From assembly GCF_004010195.1 (NCBI RefSeq), contig NC_057728.1:40070918-40134917 (forward strand): a stretch of 64,000 nucleotides of DNA, read 5' to 3'. The notes below the pieces were generated by a model. That model searched no databases. It was not told where the DNA came from and worked only from the letters and a program-made list of their open reading frames with translations. Shown piece after piece: positions 1 to 10,900 of the stretch. The stretch's first letter is position 1. Each line of letters starts with the position of its first letter. The stretch comes from Chiloscyllium plagiosum (taxonomy: Eukaryota). Both the position numbers and the translations under genes were made by a program.

Positions 1-385
1 TTGTTCGGAGAGGGGGTGGGGGCGGAGAGGTCGGGAAGAAGATTGCAGGTCAAGAAGGCGGTGCTGAGTCTGAGGGTTGGGACTGAGAAAAGGTAGGGGG
101 AGGGGAAATGAGAAAGCTGGAGAAATCTGCATTCATCCCTTGTGGTCCTATCACCCTCACCTTAACCTCCTTCCACCTATCGTATCCCCAGTGCCCCTCC
201 CCCAAGTCCCTCCTCCCTATCTTTTATCTTAGCCTGCTTAGCATACCCTCCTCATTCCTGAAGAAGGGCTTATGCCCGAAACGTCGATTCTCCTGTTCCT
301 TTGACGCTGCCTGACCTGCTGCGCTTTTCCAGCAACACATTTTTAAGCTATGATCTCCAGCATCTGCAGTCCTCACTTTCTCCTA
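1..385. mobile_element. Penelope-like element terminal repeat (family A) with minimal hammerhead core at 258-285; runs off the window start
   Basis: CTGAAGA-AGGGC-TTAT-GCCC-GAAA-CGTC at 258-285, followed by the tail (gctgcctgacctgctgcgcttttccagca...catctgcagtcctcacttt) shared with copies near 7.7, 28.8, 31.5, 45.8 and 53.2 kb. Confidence 0.7.
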
Positions 386-644
386 GATGATTATAACAAC
401 AACAATTACCAGTCCATGCAGCAAATAGAATCTGCAGGATCCTCCCATATGGAAGAAACTTCACCAGTAGAATTCTTAAATCCACAATCCTCAGTGACCA
501 CTCCACCCTATCCAAGTCGAGTGGAAATGAGCTAGTTATCCAAAATCTTCTTCAGTGAAGTCCAACCTGAAAACAAAATCCAGTCTGTCCTTCTGCATCA
601 CTCCATGGAGAAATCTGAATTCTTGGATAAGGGCAGTTAAAAAC

Positions 645-968
645 TTAACAAAACTGACAAGACATTCATCCTTGCGGCGATGCTTCAGATAGGGGATACC
701 AGCGCATCTGAGCGTGAAGGGCAGCAGGTGCAGCTGCAGGCTAGATGAAGGCAGTATTCTTTGCTGCTTTTGCTCATACTCTGCTGTCAAATGTAACAAA
801 GCCAACTGGCTGTTTTGATGTCAGTTTGATCAGTGAACCTTCATATCCCTTAAATGATCGAAAGAGAAGGTAAAGCTCACTTGGCTTAATATCCATAGGA
901 AGGCCGCTGACAAAAAGTGTACAAACCTCCTCTTCACTGTTGTTAGCTTCTTCACTTTTTGTGCTCAT
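645..968 (-). pseudogene. RBPMS2: Processed RBPMS2-like pseudogene with an internal in-frame deletion and 3 premature stops
   Basis: Minus strand, one frame: [104 protein letters not shown]. This matches the RBPMS/RBPMS2 RRM N-terminal half and the C-terminal LHAQMRWY...QFC, with no introns. The poly-Ala before LHAQ and TGA at the position of G in DSRxG favour RBPMS2. Confidence 0.88.
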
Positions 969-979
969 GACTGGGGAAC

Positions 980-1560
980 TCATAGAGATGTACAGCATGA
1001 AAACAGACCCTTCGGTCCAACCTGTCCAAGCTGACCAGATATCCCAACCCAATCTAGTCCCACCTGTCAGTACCCGGCCCATATCCCTCCAAACCCTTCC
1101 TATTCATATACCCATCCAAATGCCTCTTAAATGTTGCAAATTTACCAGCCTCCACCACATCTTCTAGCAGCCCATTCCATATACTTATCACTCTCTCCAT
1201 GAAAAAATTGCCCCTTAGGTCCCTTTTATATCTTTCCCCTCTCACCCTAAACCTATGCCCTCTGGTTCTGGACTCCCCGACCCCAGGGAAAAGACTTTGT
1301 CTATTTCTCCTATCCATGCCCCTCATAATTTTGAGACCAGAATTGCATGCAATATTCCAACAGTGACCTAACCAATATCCTGTACAGCTGCAACATGACC
1401 TCCCAACTCCTGTACTCAATACTCTGCCCAATAAAGGAAAGCATACCAAACGCCTTCTTCACTGTCCTATCTACCTGCGACTCCATCTTCAAGGAGCTGT
1501 GGACCTGCACTCCAAGATCTCTTTGTTCAGCAACATTCCCCAGGACCTTACCATTAAGTT
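980..1560 (-). mobile_element. CR1/HER1-type LINE 3' fragment
   Basis: ORFs 1054..1449 and 1310..1510 give CR1 RT C-terminal motifs (KKAFGMLSFI, LEYCMQFWS, ESRTRGHRFRV, WNGLLEDVVEA). Confidence 0.9.
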
Positions 1561-3501
1561 TGATTGAATTCGTTGGATCAGGTTGTGGAGGGTTGGGTGG
1601 TGGTCCGAAGGCCCGCTTTACAGGTGAATGGAGAAACTCCAGAGACGATGTTAGCTGCTGAAGTATCTTTGCATTTCCCCTCTCGTTCCTTCCTTGCCAA
1701 GGTGGTTATTAGTATGAAGACAGCCACACATTTAACCACATTAAATTGTGCCTGCCTACTTCAACATTTTCAGTTGTCTTGAAGTCTGTTACTCTGTTCA
1801 TTATTTATGACATTATCAAGTTTTGTACAGTCCATAAACTTCTAAATTGTACTACCTAAACAATTCAGTCACTTAATAAACAATAATCAATGGTCCTAAA
1901 ATCAAACCCTCGGGGGTCCTCATTCAGGTTATTCAAAAATTATTTTCCTTTGACAAATTAATACTTGGCTAAAGTGAAAGCTGTCAGGAAAAGTATTTCA
2001 AAAACCTGGAACAGCAAGAAAATAACAAAATGTTTCCTGTGCTTTAGCCATTGAAGAGGCAGTTTCAGTTCAGATTTAAATCTCAAATATTCATGGGAAA
2101 CAAATGCAGAATATATTAAAATATGTTCTCCAAATGAAACTTCACAAATAAAATAGTCAGAATTACAGTGGCAACTTTGGTAGGAATTTGAATTTGCAGT
2201 ATGAAGGGGGGCAATGAAGTCTTAAGAATAATTGACAGAACTTAAACAGCTCAGCCTTGAGTTCTAATATCCTCTAAAATCTTAACAAAACATCAAAATT
2301 AAAATCACTCTTTGTGAAAAGTCTGCATTAAAAAACAGCAAAAACGTCTTAATACAATACTCTCATCTGGCTAAAGCATGACCACTAACACAATCGTTTT
2401 TTGAAACTGGCATTGTAGGTTTTCAAACAAATCAGGGCTCAAGGTCCTCGATCAATTTGTTATAAGGTTACAAGTTTGATAATTTTTAAAAAAACATAAT
2501 GTTGTATAATAATATAAAAACAAAATCTGCCCTATTACGTAGCCCATAAAACACATTGAATTGAGATCCTAATTCAACTAAGGCAAGACAGTTACTTAAA
2601 AGGATTTTCTGAACCAGTATTTTAACAAACCAAAATATTTAAGTATCAAACACTTTCAGTATGGTATAATTTATATTGAAACCTCCTTTTTCAATCCAAG
2701 TATTAGTACAACCATAATTTCAGCATATCTATTTTTTTTTCTCGCATCCTCTTGATGAAATTACACTTAAAAAATAAAACATTTGCAGTGGACCACACGG
2801 CACTGCAGTACAAGCCACTCCCCTTACCCAGAAAAAAGACTCAACAAGTCAAGTCCACAGCCCAGAAACTGAGACTCCCACAATAAAAACCCGGACAAAG
2901 CTTCCATGGCAGTCAATGCACTTCAGTGTCGGGATCCGAGCAGATGGGTTCCACTTTTGTTTTCCCTTTTCCCATGTTGTCCTAAAGGTACTTCTAAGGG
3001 GAGGTGTAAGGGATAGAGGCAATAACTTTAAGAAGTACCAAATTTTGTTTAGAAGTTTTTCTTTGAAGTTCCTGATTGCTAAATTTTTTTTTCAGAGCCT
3101 CAAACTTCACCATTAGAGGACTTTAACCCCCTTTTACCTCAGAGATTTTAATCCCTTTCTACCTTGGGGGCTCGAACCCCTTTCTCACTTTACTTCTCAT
3201 GGGGACTGAAACCCCTTTTCTTACTCTATATGTCCAGGGACTTGAAACCTTATTAAGCCCAGGGGACCAGAGCCCCTATTTGTCAGTGCATTTACGAAAC
3301 TGTGTCTCTCGACTGAACTAATTACCATTCGAGGAGTCCGAAGAATATAAAGCGAATGAATGAGGAGACAGTATCCAACGCAAAGGAATATCGAGAGGGA
3401 CTGAGGTTTACCTTGTGGGCCTGTCCGTCTTGTTCTGGGCAATCACTGGACACAATCCGATTGTAACTATTCGTTTGGACTCCTACCTGGCACGCCAATC
3501 T

Positions 3502-3723
3502 TGTCACGTTTCCGTATCAGTTGAAGCAAACCATTAGGCACAGTATGGCTCTACCTTCTTCACCTTTATTCCGAGCCCTGGAGAGAGAGAGATCGCCCAT
3601 GTACACGAGGACATGAGTTCTCTGTCTTCTCTCGAGCAGCAGATTCTTAAGGAATTATATCGTTACTTACAGGGAGCAACATCCAAATAAGGCAACATCT
3701 ACATTGATTGGGTGACCGTTACA
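3502..3723 (-). mobile_element. LTR of an ERV-like/LTR retroelement, followed by a primer-binding site (3480-3497) and leader/remnant to about 2790
   Basis: Minus strand begins TGTAACG and ends CGTGACA (TG..CA, imperfect terminal inverted repeat) and contains CCAAT and AATAAA. Four nt later comes TGGCGTGCCAGGTAGGAG (tRNA-Arg-like PBS). Short degenerate repeats in the leader at 3115-3260. Confidence 0.65.
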
Positions 3724-4879
3724 ATCAGCAAGCATCAACAGTAAAGAATAAGCCATCTGGTATGATACAATAGATGTTCTTCACCTTGCCTCCACTCCCC
3801 TTGCCTCCAGCACCTGCATTGTTTACTGCAAGTTCATATCTAGTCAAAGTCATGCTAGCTGAGTCTTTGTCAAGCAACTCTAAACTGAACTCTTTCCCTA
3901 CCTGCTCATACATTATATACTTTCTGAGATGGTGGGGATAAATGAGGCATTTTCAAGTTGACAGGCTGATGTCAGTGTAAGAAATGCAAGTTCTGTGTCC
4001 CAATTGTTCGAAACAAATATGTAACAACATTGATTCGAAAATACAAAGACCTATTATTAAAATATTGAAGGAAAATCTGGATTCTCTCCACATCCTCTGA
4101 GAGCAAACACACTGTCCCCACTGCTAACCTTGAAGCCTTTTTGAGTAGGGGGTCACCATGGTGGCTACAGTGAATCAGTTTTCCTCACTGACTCTAATTT
4201 GATTTTGTCCCCTGCCTTGTTTTGTCCGCTCTTCTTACTTTGTTATTGCGATACTGCCCCTGGCAGGCAGAGAATGTAATTTGTTATTGGATTATTTAAT
4301 TAGTGGGGTGATTTGTGGTGGGTGCTGAAAATAAAATAGAAGCTGGTTTCTCTGTGTGCTTGGAGGAGGGGGGGGGGGGGGGTGGGGTAACTGGGATGCA
4401 TTATTTTCCCTTCCCATGATATTTTGATTTAGTCCCCCTCAGTTTCTACCTTTTGGTGGTGGGTTTTTGTCTAAGGTCACGGTACCCCAGGGGACAGGTT
4501 TTTTAATTTGTTAATTTATCTTTTTTAAAATAAAAGTTTGTTTCTTCTCCAGAAAGAAAAGGTGGAAACTGATGTTTTTGCTGAACTATGGATTTAATAA
4601 AACATCTGTAAATCTCTGAAAGTTTTTTACTGCCTAATTCAACGTTTGGATATTGATCTTTTGATCAGTGGAGTTTGGCAGAGGCTTCAGCTATTCATAA
4701 ATTGTGTTAATAACTTAGGTGAAGAGGTAGTCAAACAAACCTACACTTGTTGATTCAAATTTAGCAGGGAGTGCAAGCATTGAGGGGTATACATCGCCTG
4801 TAAAGAAAGATACATATATGGATGAGTCAGTAACAATGTTTGAACTGAGTTTGGTATGGGTAACTGTGAGGTTATTGAT

Positions 4880-6240
4880 TTTTGTAAGAATAGAAAACAT
4901 TTTTTGAATGAATGGAACTTTAAGTGTTGGTTTTCAGAGGTATACTTGTACAACAAGCACTGAAAGTTAGAATGTTGGTACAGCAAGCAATGAGGGAGTA
5001 AAATGCATATTGGCTTTTATTACAAAAGAAACGGAAAGAACTGCAGATGCTGTAAATCAGAGACAAAAATAGAAATTGCTAGAAAAGCTCAGCAGGTCTG
5101 GCAGCATTTGTGGAGAGAAATCAGAGTTAACGTTGTGAAGAAGGGTCACTTGACCCAAAACCCAAAACGTTGACTCTGATTTCTCTTCGCAGATGCTGCC
5201 AGACCTGCTGAGCTTTTCCAGCAATTTCTATTTTTACCTTTTGTTACAAAAGGATTGGATTACAAGAATAAAGAAGGCTTGCTACAATTGTACAGGGTTT
5301 TGGTGAGACCACAACTCAAGACTGCCCAAATTGGAGAAAAAGTGCTATGTCCAGATGGAAATCAATACAAACACTGGAAGATGCACACAAAAATCTGAGC
5401 ATCACACTCCTACGTCTTCGAGCAACATCTGACGCAAGAGATGCATATCCAGCATTGGACTACTTAGTCATCATAGGACCCACAACAAAGGAGCAGAAGA
5501 AAATCATCCACTATCCATGTGAATGCCTAGGAGGAGAACTTGCATAAGAGGCAGTACTGCAAAGATTGACTAGACTGATTTCTGGGAATGTGATGAATCT
5601 GCGGAACTCAGTTCCACAGAAGGCTATGGAGGCCAAGTCATTGGGTGTATTTAAGACACAGATAGATAAGTTCTTGATTAATAAGGGGTTCAAAGGTTAC
5701 AGGGAAAAGGCTGGAGAATGGGATTGACAGACATATCAGCCATGATCAAATGGGGGAGCTGATTCAGTGGGCTGAATGGGTTCAATTCTGTTCCTACCTC
5801 GTATGGCCTTATGGGATGAGTTGGTTGTCCTGTGCTGAATTATGGGTCTATATTCCCTGACAGTTAGAATAATGAGAAGTGATCTCATTGAAACAATCAA
5901 AATTATTAAGGGCTTAACATTGTAAGTATTAAGACAAATTTTCCTGACGCTGAGAACTCTAGAACAAGGGAGCATGGTTTGATGACAAGCATCTGATCAT
6001 TTAGGATCGGGATGGAGGAAATTCTTCACTCAGAGGTTTGCAAATCTCTGGGATTTACTACCCCAAAGTGTTGTGGATGTGCCATCATTGAATATATTTA
6101 GGGCTGGTTGAGAATTTGGAACTAAGGGTTGTGAGGAGTGGGTGGGAAAATGGAGTTGAGGCCCAAGATCAACCATGAACATAGCAATGATGGAAAAGAC
6201 TCGATGGGTTGTATGTCCCCTTCTCGCTCCTGTGTTCTTT
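4880..6240 (+). mobile_element. Decayed CR1 LINE 3' fragments (several nested pieces)
   Basis: Typical CR1 3' text (ttggtgagaccaca, gaatctgcggaactc...gtatttaagacacagatagataagttcttg, gatctcattgaaac). Confidence 0.7.
5028..5237. mobile_element. Fold-back Penelope-type insertion (family B) with a degenerate hammerhead core
   Basis: Inverted arms (aatagaaattgctagaaaagctcagcaggtctggcagcat / atgctgccagacctgctgagcttttccagcaatttctatt). TSD CTTTTATTACAAAA 5014-5027 vs CTTTTGTTACAAAA 5238-5251. Confidence 0.75.
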
Positions 6241-7214
6241 TATGTGTTTCATTATTTTTATGTTCGTTTATCTTTGCTTATTTGATTTAAGAAAATAGGA
6301 ATTCTTAATAAGACTGGCTGTGAAGTTAGGTCCCTCTGTTCTACAATGCTACCCAAGGCCTACCATTAATTATATAATAAGAAATCATCCCCAGATACAT
6401 AGGAGTGCAATTAGTTTTTAAAAATTGAGCCAGTTGAAGGGCTGGGAGTGGCAAATGCTTGGTCAAAGAGTTAGATTTTAAGCATATGTTAGAGGAGGGC
6501 TTTAAATGCGAACCAGGTGCTAAGGATTGACCTTTGGGAGCTGAATGCCTGGATGGCTGCATCATTTTCTAAATTGTTCATGGCAATATCATGGTTCCAG
6601 CATGTGCCAATGTGTGTCCCAAAATCTCAGTGCCGTTCTGTGTATGCGGCAGTGTTCTTGCCGTGCTATGCATGCGTGTGTGTCTGCACATGTGCGCTGT
6701 CGACACCGGGCTTCGTGTCGTTTTGCACATGCGCCGAAGTCTGTCTGCTGTTCTGTGCATGCGCTAATGTCAGCTGCCAACAGAGCAACTTTCTGTGAGA
6801 GGTACTGTACAGAGACCAGCTTTCTTACATTTTTTAAATGTGTTGTGTTAAATTTGCTTTTGTTTTGTTATGTTAATAAATGTGATTTCAACCTTCATTC
6901 AGGCTGTGCTATTCTTTGCATTAGACTTTTGGGTGATTTTTGATCAATCGCTCAATTGTGATTTTTGTTTTTGCTGGTCTGCCTCTAACCTCACTTTTCC
7001 CATAGGCCCCATTATTTCTATTAAGTGATTTTCTGTTAAGCGAGGTTCCGCTGGAATGCAACAACGGTGTTATTGCAGCACTACCTGTAGTGAGAATGGA
7101 GGATAGTTTAGAAAATATTATTTTCAAATTGTAATTCCACTAAATATATCTGTGTAAACAAAAGACATTGGGTTTATTAACCTGCTATTTTTTTCTGTAT
7201 TCATTTATCGAATG

Positions 7215-7490
7215 AGAGGCTGGGCCAGTATTAATTGCCCAGAGGGTAGATAAGAGTCAACTGCATTTGCATGTAGGCCAACCTGGATAAGGATGCCAGA
7301 TTTCCTTTCCTAAAGGATATTAGTGATCCAGATGGTTTTTACAACAATTGAGTGGTCACATGGTCACCACTGCACTTTATTCCAGAATTTCACCATCTGC
7401 CTTGGTGAGAATTGAACCCATGTGCTTAGAGCTTCTGTCTGGGGTTCAGGATTACTAGTCCAATTACATTACCACTATGCCACCATCTCT
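7215..7490 (-). mobile_element. tRNA-headed DeuSINE-like (SacSINE1/AmnSINE-type) SINE
   Basis: Reverse complement resembles the copy at 54946-55320 (ggtggcatagtggtaatgtaattggactagtaatcc head; cctttaggaaaggaaatctggcatccttatccag core). Confidence 0.6.
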
Positions 7491-7573
7491 CCTTAATTCA
7501 TATTAGATGATCAAAACTAATACTTTGTTAATGTTTCTTTCTCTAGCTCCTTGTTCAAGTTAATATGGCCTAT

Positions 7574-7786
7574 TTTCTGGATTAGTGGTGCTGGGAGAGC
7601 ACAGCAGTTCAGGTAACATCCAAGGAGCTTCGAAATCGACGTTTTGGGCAAAAGCCCTTCATCAGGAGGCTTTTGTCCGAAACATCGATTTCGAAGCTCC
7701 TTGGATGCTGCCTGAACTGCTGTGTTCTTCCAGCACCACTAATCCAGAATCTGATTTCCAACATCTGCAGTCATTGTTTTTACCTC
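7574..7786. mobile_element. Fold-back Penelope-type insertion (family A), hammerhead core on the minus strand at 7638-7665 (GAAA mutated to AAAA)
   Basis: Inverted arms. TSD GTTAATATGGCCTAT 7559-7573 vs GTTAATATGGTCTAT 7787-7801. Confidence 0.8.
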
Positions 7787-7916
7787 GTTAATATGGTCTA
7801 TGTCATACCACAAAGAATGTTCATATTTTAACAAGGAGGGATTGCAGTAGGAAGTTTCCTTAAAGGGTATCATCTTTATTATTCATAACATTAAGAAATA
7901 TTGTCCCTTTCTCTAG

Positions 7917-10900
7917 ATTTTTCACTCCAGAAATAAGCATGTGCATCCATTTAAATTCAGTAAGATGCTCAGTGAAACTGAATATTCAAGTCAGTTTAAA
8001 GGTATGCAGCCACCTAAAGGATTGCGTTTCCGTAAAGACTTTGAAGGAAAAGAAGCTTTAGCATTTGAGCAAGAAAATCTGTCTCCAATAAAGGTAATTG
8101 GATGTTGTTTGCTCACTTTTTCTGTTTATGGTCAAGGAAAAATGGTAGTTTAGTTGTGACCTGCTGAACATGGATCAAAATGTCTCACCCTCTTGATGCT
8201 TTTTGGCAACCGTCTTTAGCAGAAAAGGTTGACAAGGAATCGGCTTTCAGATTTCTGTAGATGGTTATTAGATGATTCTGCAAGGATATCAATTCTCTTA
8301 ATAGGTCATGAGTTCACGTTATCCCAAGGTATGACACTCCCTGCTCTAGCATGTTCATCAGTGCACAGTTCAGGCCAGATTAAATAGTCACCTGAAGTAT
8401 CTAATCTTTGTACCTGTTTTCAAAATGATGATTGAAATATATCAAATATAATTGACAACTACCTTAAATATTGTTTCTTTCTATTCTTATTTTTATTCTT
8501 AAAGATTCAATTTTTGTTATTTTTTCCATTTTATTGTATAAAATAATCATTTTATACAATAATGAAAGCAGTATCCATAATTAAAGGAGTCTAATTTTCT
8601 TTGGAGAGAAGTTGTGAAAAATGCATGTTACATTCATTGGGGGGTCTTTGAATTTTAATTTATTCAATATAATAAGCTGAAGACTGTTCATCCTAAGTCA
8701 ACAGAATCCACCTCAAAAGACCAGGGTCAGGAGACTAAGGAACAACCACCTCAAGATAAACAGCTTCTAAAGCAACAGAATCCACATAAACCCATCTGCT
8801 CACGCAAAGGGCTTAGGTACAATCTTTGTATGCTTAAAATGTGCAATTTAATTATGAGGTATGATTTGCCACATTCAAATTTGCAAAAGTTACAATTTGC
8901 ATCTTCTTTTTTCCAGAAAAATTAAATCTGAATACAAGACTAAGTTTAGGCCTCCTTGTCAATATGACTACAGTAGAGGAGCATACCGATCTGAAGGGGT
9001 AGGTGAATAATGGATCACAGTACTAATGTCAATATTTGCTTTTAACACTCCTGAAGTTTATTGGGACCCCTTTAAACAGGATAGTTAATTTGAAAATAGC
9101 CTAACTGAATCCAATACCTCAGTGATAACTGTGGTAATTGAAATGATCTTCTTTTGAAGATTTGTATATTCATCCAGTTATATTTTTAAAACTGGTCTTT
9201 ATAGGACACTCCAGGGGGCGCTTTTGTACCATGCTACAATTCCTCAGCCAATGCTTGCAGCAAATTATTGATGTTTCACTAATTTCAATTTAGAATACAT
9301 TTAATGCTATTAGATTTTCAAAAGCAAACTATTTACAAATTATTTCTACCTTCTTTCTCTGTAGGGTACTGAAAATAACCTAAATTCTTATTGGTATGCT
9401 GAGGTTAGTTTTTAGATTGTACTTTCCATGCATGTTCTGGTTTTTATAAATGCATATTTAGCAAAGTGAACTTTTTCTTTAAGTAGTTATGATTAGCAAC
9501 TACCTTACTATGCTAGTGTTGTTCTTTACCATTGTTTGCAGTTTTGAAGATGCAAGATCAGCAACTGTTTTATATATTTAGAGCAGAAAGATCTCTTATC
9601 TTTAAGTAGCTTTTAAAATTACACAATGTCGACCATAACAGGAATTGAACAATTTTATGGAAAGACTGATCAGAGCTGCTGTAGATTTAATTTTATCCTT
9701 CTGCTCTGCTGTCGCAGGTAAAAGAACTTAGAGAAAAAGCAGAAGCATATAAAAGGAGAGCACTGGGCACTCACTTCTCCAGAGATCATCTCACCCAAAT
9801 TTTGTCAGAACAAAATAGGTTATGGGAGGTGTCCTCCTCATCTGATACTGAAGAAACAGTTAGTGACAATGTCGAAACTCTGGACCTTGCAAGGTATAGA
9901 TTAATAACAAATAAACCTGCATAAATTAATTGAACCAAAAGAACTGTGGATGCTGGAAATCAAAAAAAAAACAGAAACTGCTGGAAAAGCTCAGCAGAAC
10001 CTTCTGAGGAAGGGTCACTCCACCCAAAACATTAGCTCTGATTTCTCTCAATGGATGCTGCCAGACATGCTGAGCCTTTCCAGCAGTTTCGGTATTTGAT
10101 TGTGTGTATAAAATAATTGCAAGTATGAATCAGTAGATTAGTACATATTTTGGAACTTATTTTTAACATATGCTGTCGCAGCAGGAAGTAGTCTAAACCC
10201 CTTGGCAGCAGTCATGTTTTCTCATACAATAGCAAGTGTGAATTAAAATTTATCCATCATATTTAGAGCTCCAGAATGCTTTCTACTGCAGCACTAAGAG
10301 TTTACCAATGTAATTTTGAATAATTTTCAAAAATATCTAATGTTAAGTGCTCCTATTTATACACAATTAGTGGCTTTGTTGAATCTAATACATTTCATGA
10401 ATCACATGTAAGTATTGCTGTAAGTCTTTCCAGTTAAATGATGAGCACATATCTCAATATTGCTGGCTTAGAGGATATTTGTTTAATATTTTTAGAACAA
10501 CAGAAATACCAAATACTTCCAGCACAACAAAACAAGAACTGCAGTCTGATTCTGTAGCACAAGCATCACCAGAGAAAGCCAGAGCAAAATATAATGGTAT
10601 GGGAGACAATAGTATGTCAGATGTTCCTACCCTTCCAGTTAGCAGGAAATTGGCATGGAATGATGAGGAAGAGAAGCCATGTGCACCAGAACATGGAGGC
10701 AACCAAAGCCAAAATAATGAAACTGAGAAGGAAATTGAAATTGAGAGAAATGCAGAAGTGGAAACAGTTATTGAAAGGTATTGATGTATTAACTGGAGAA
10801 GGGGTTATTTGGGAATGTGTATTAAAATGAGTTCCAAAGCTTTGGAATGAAATTTTGTCACAGCCTTTTATATAGTCAATAGTCATTTTGACCCATTTCA

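Noticed and set aside
774..1082. 102-aa ORF as a functional RNA-binding protein gene
   Set aside because: Chimera of LINE tail and RBPMS2 retrocopy; stops mid-RRM.
4553..4620. Strong acceptor (tttcttctccag) as a possible upstream MDM1 exon
   Set aside because: Translation does not resemble MDM1 and there is no convincing donor.
6517..7090. Cys-rich overlapping ORFs
   Set aside because: TG-rich low-complexity sequence, probably a decayed DNA-transposon remnant; no splice or domain support, and I could not define both TIRs.
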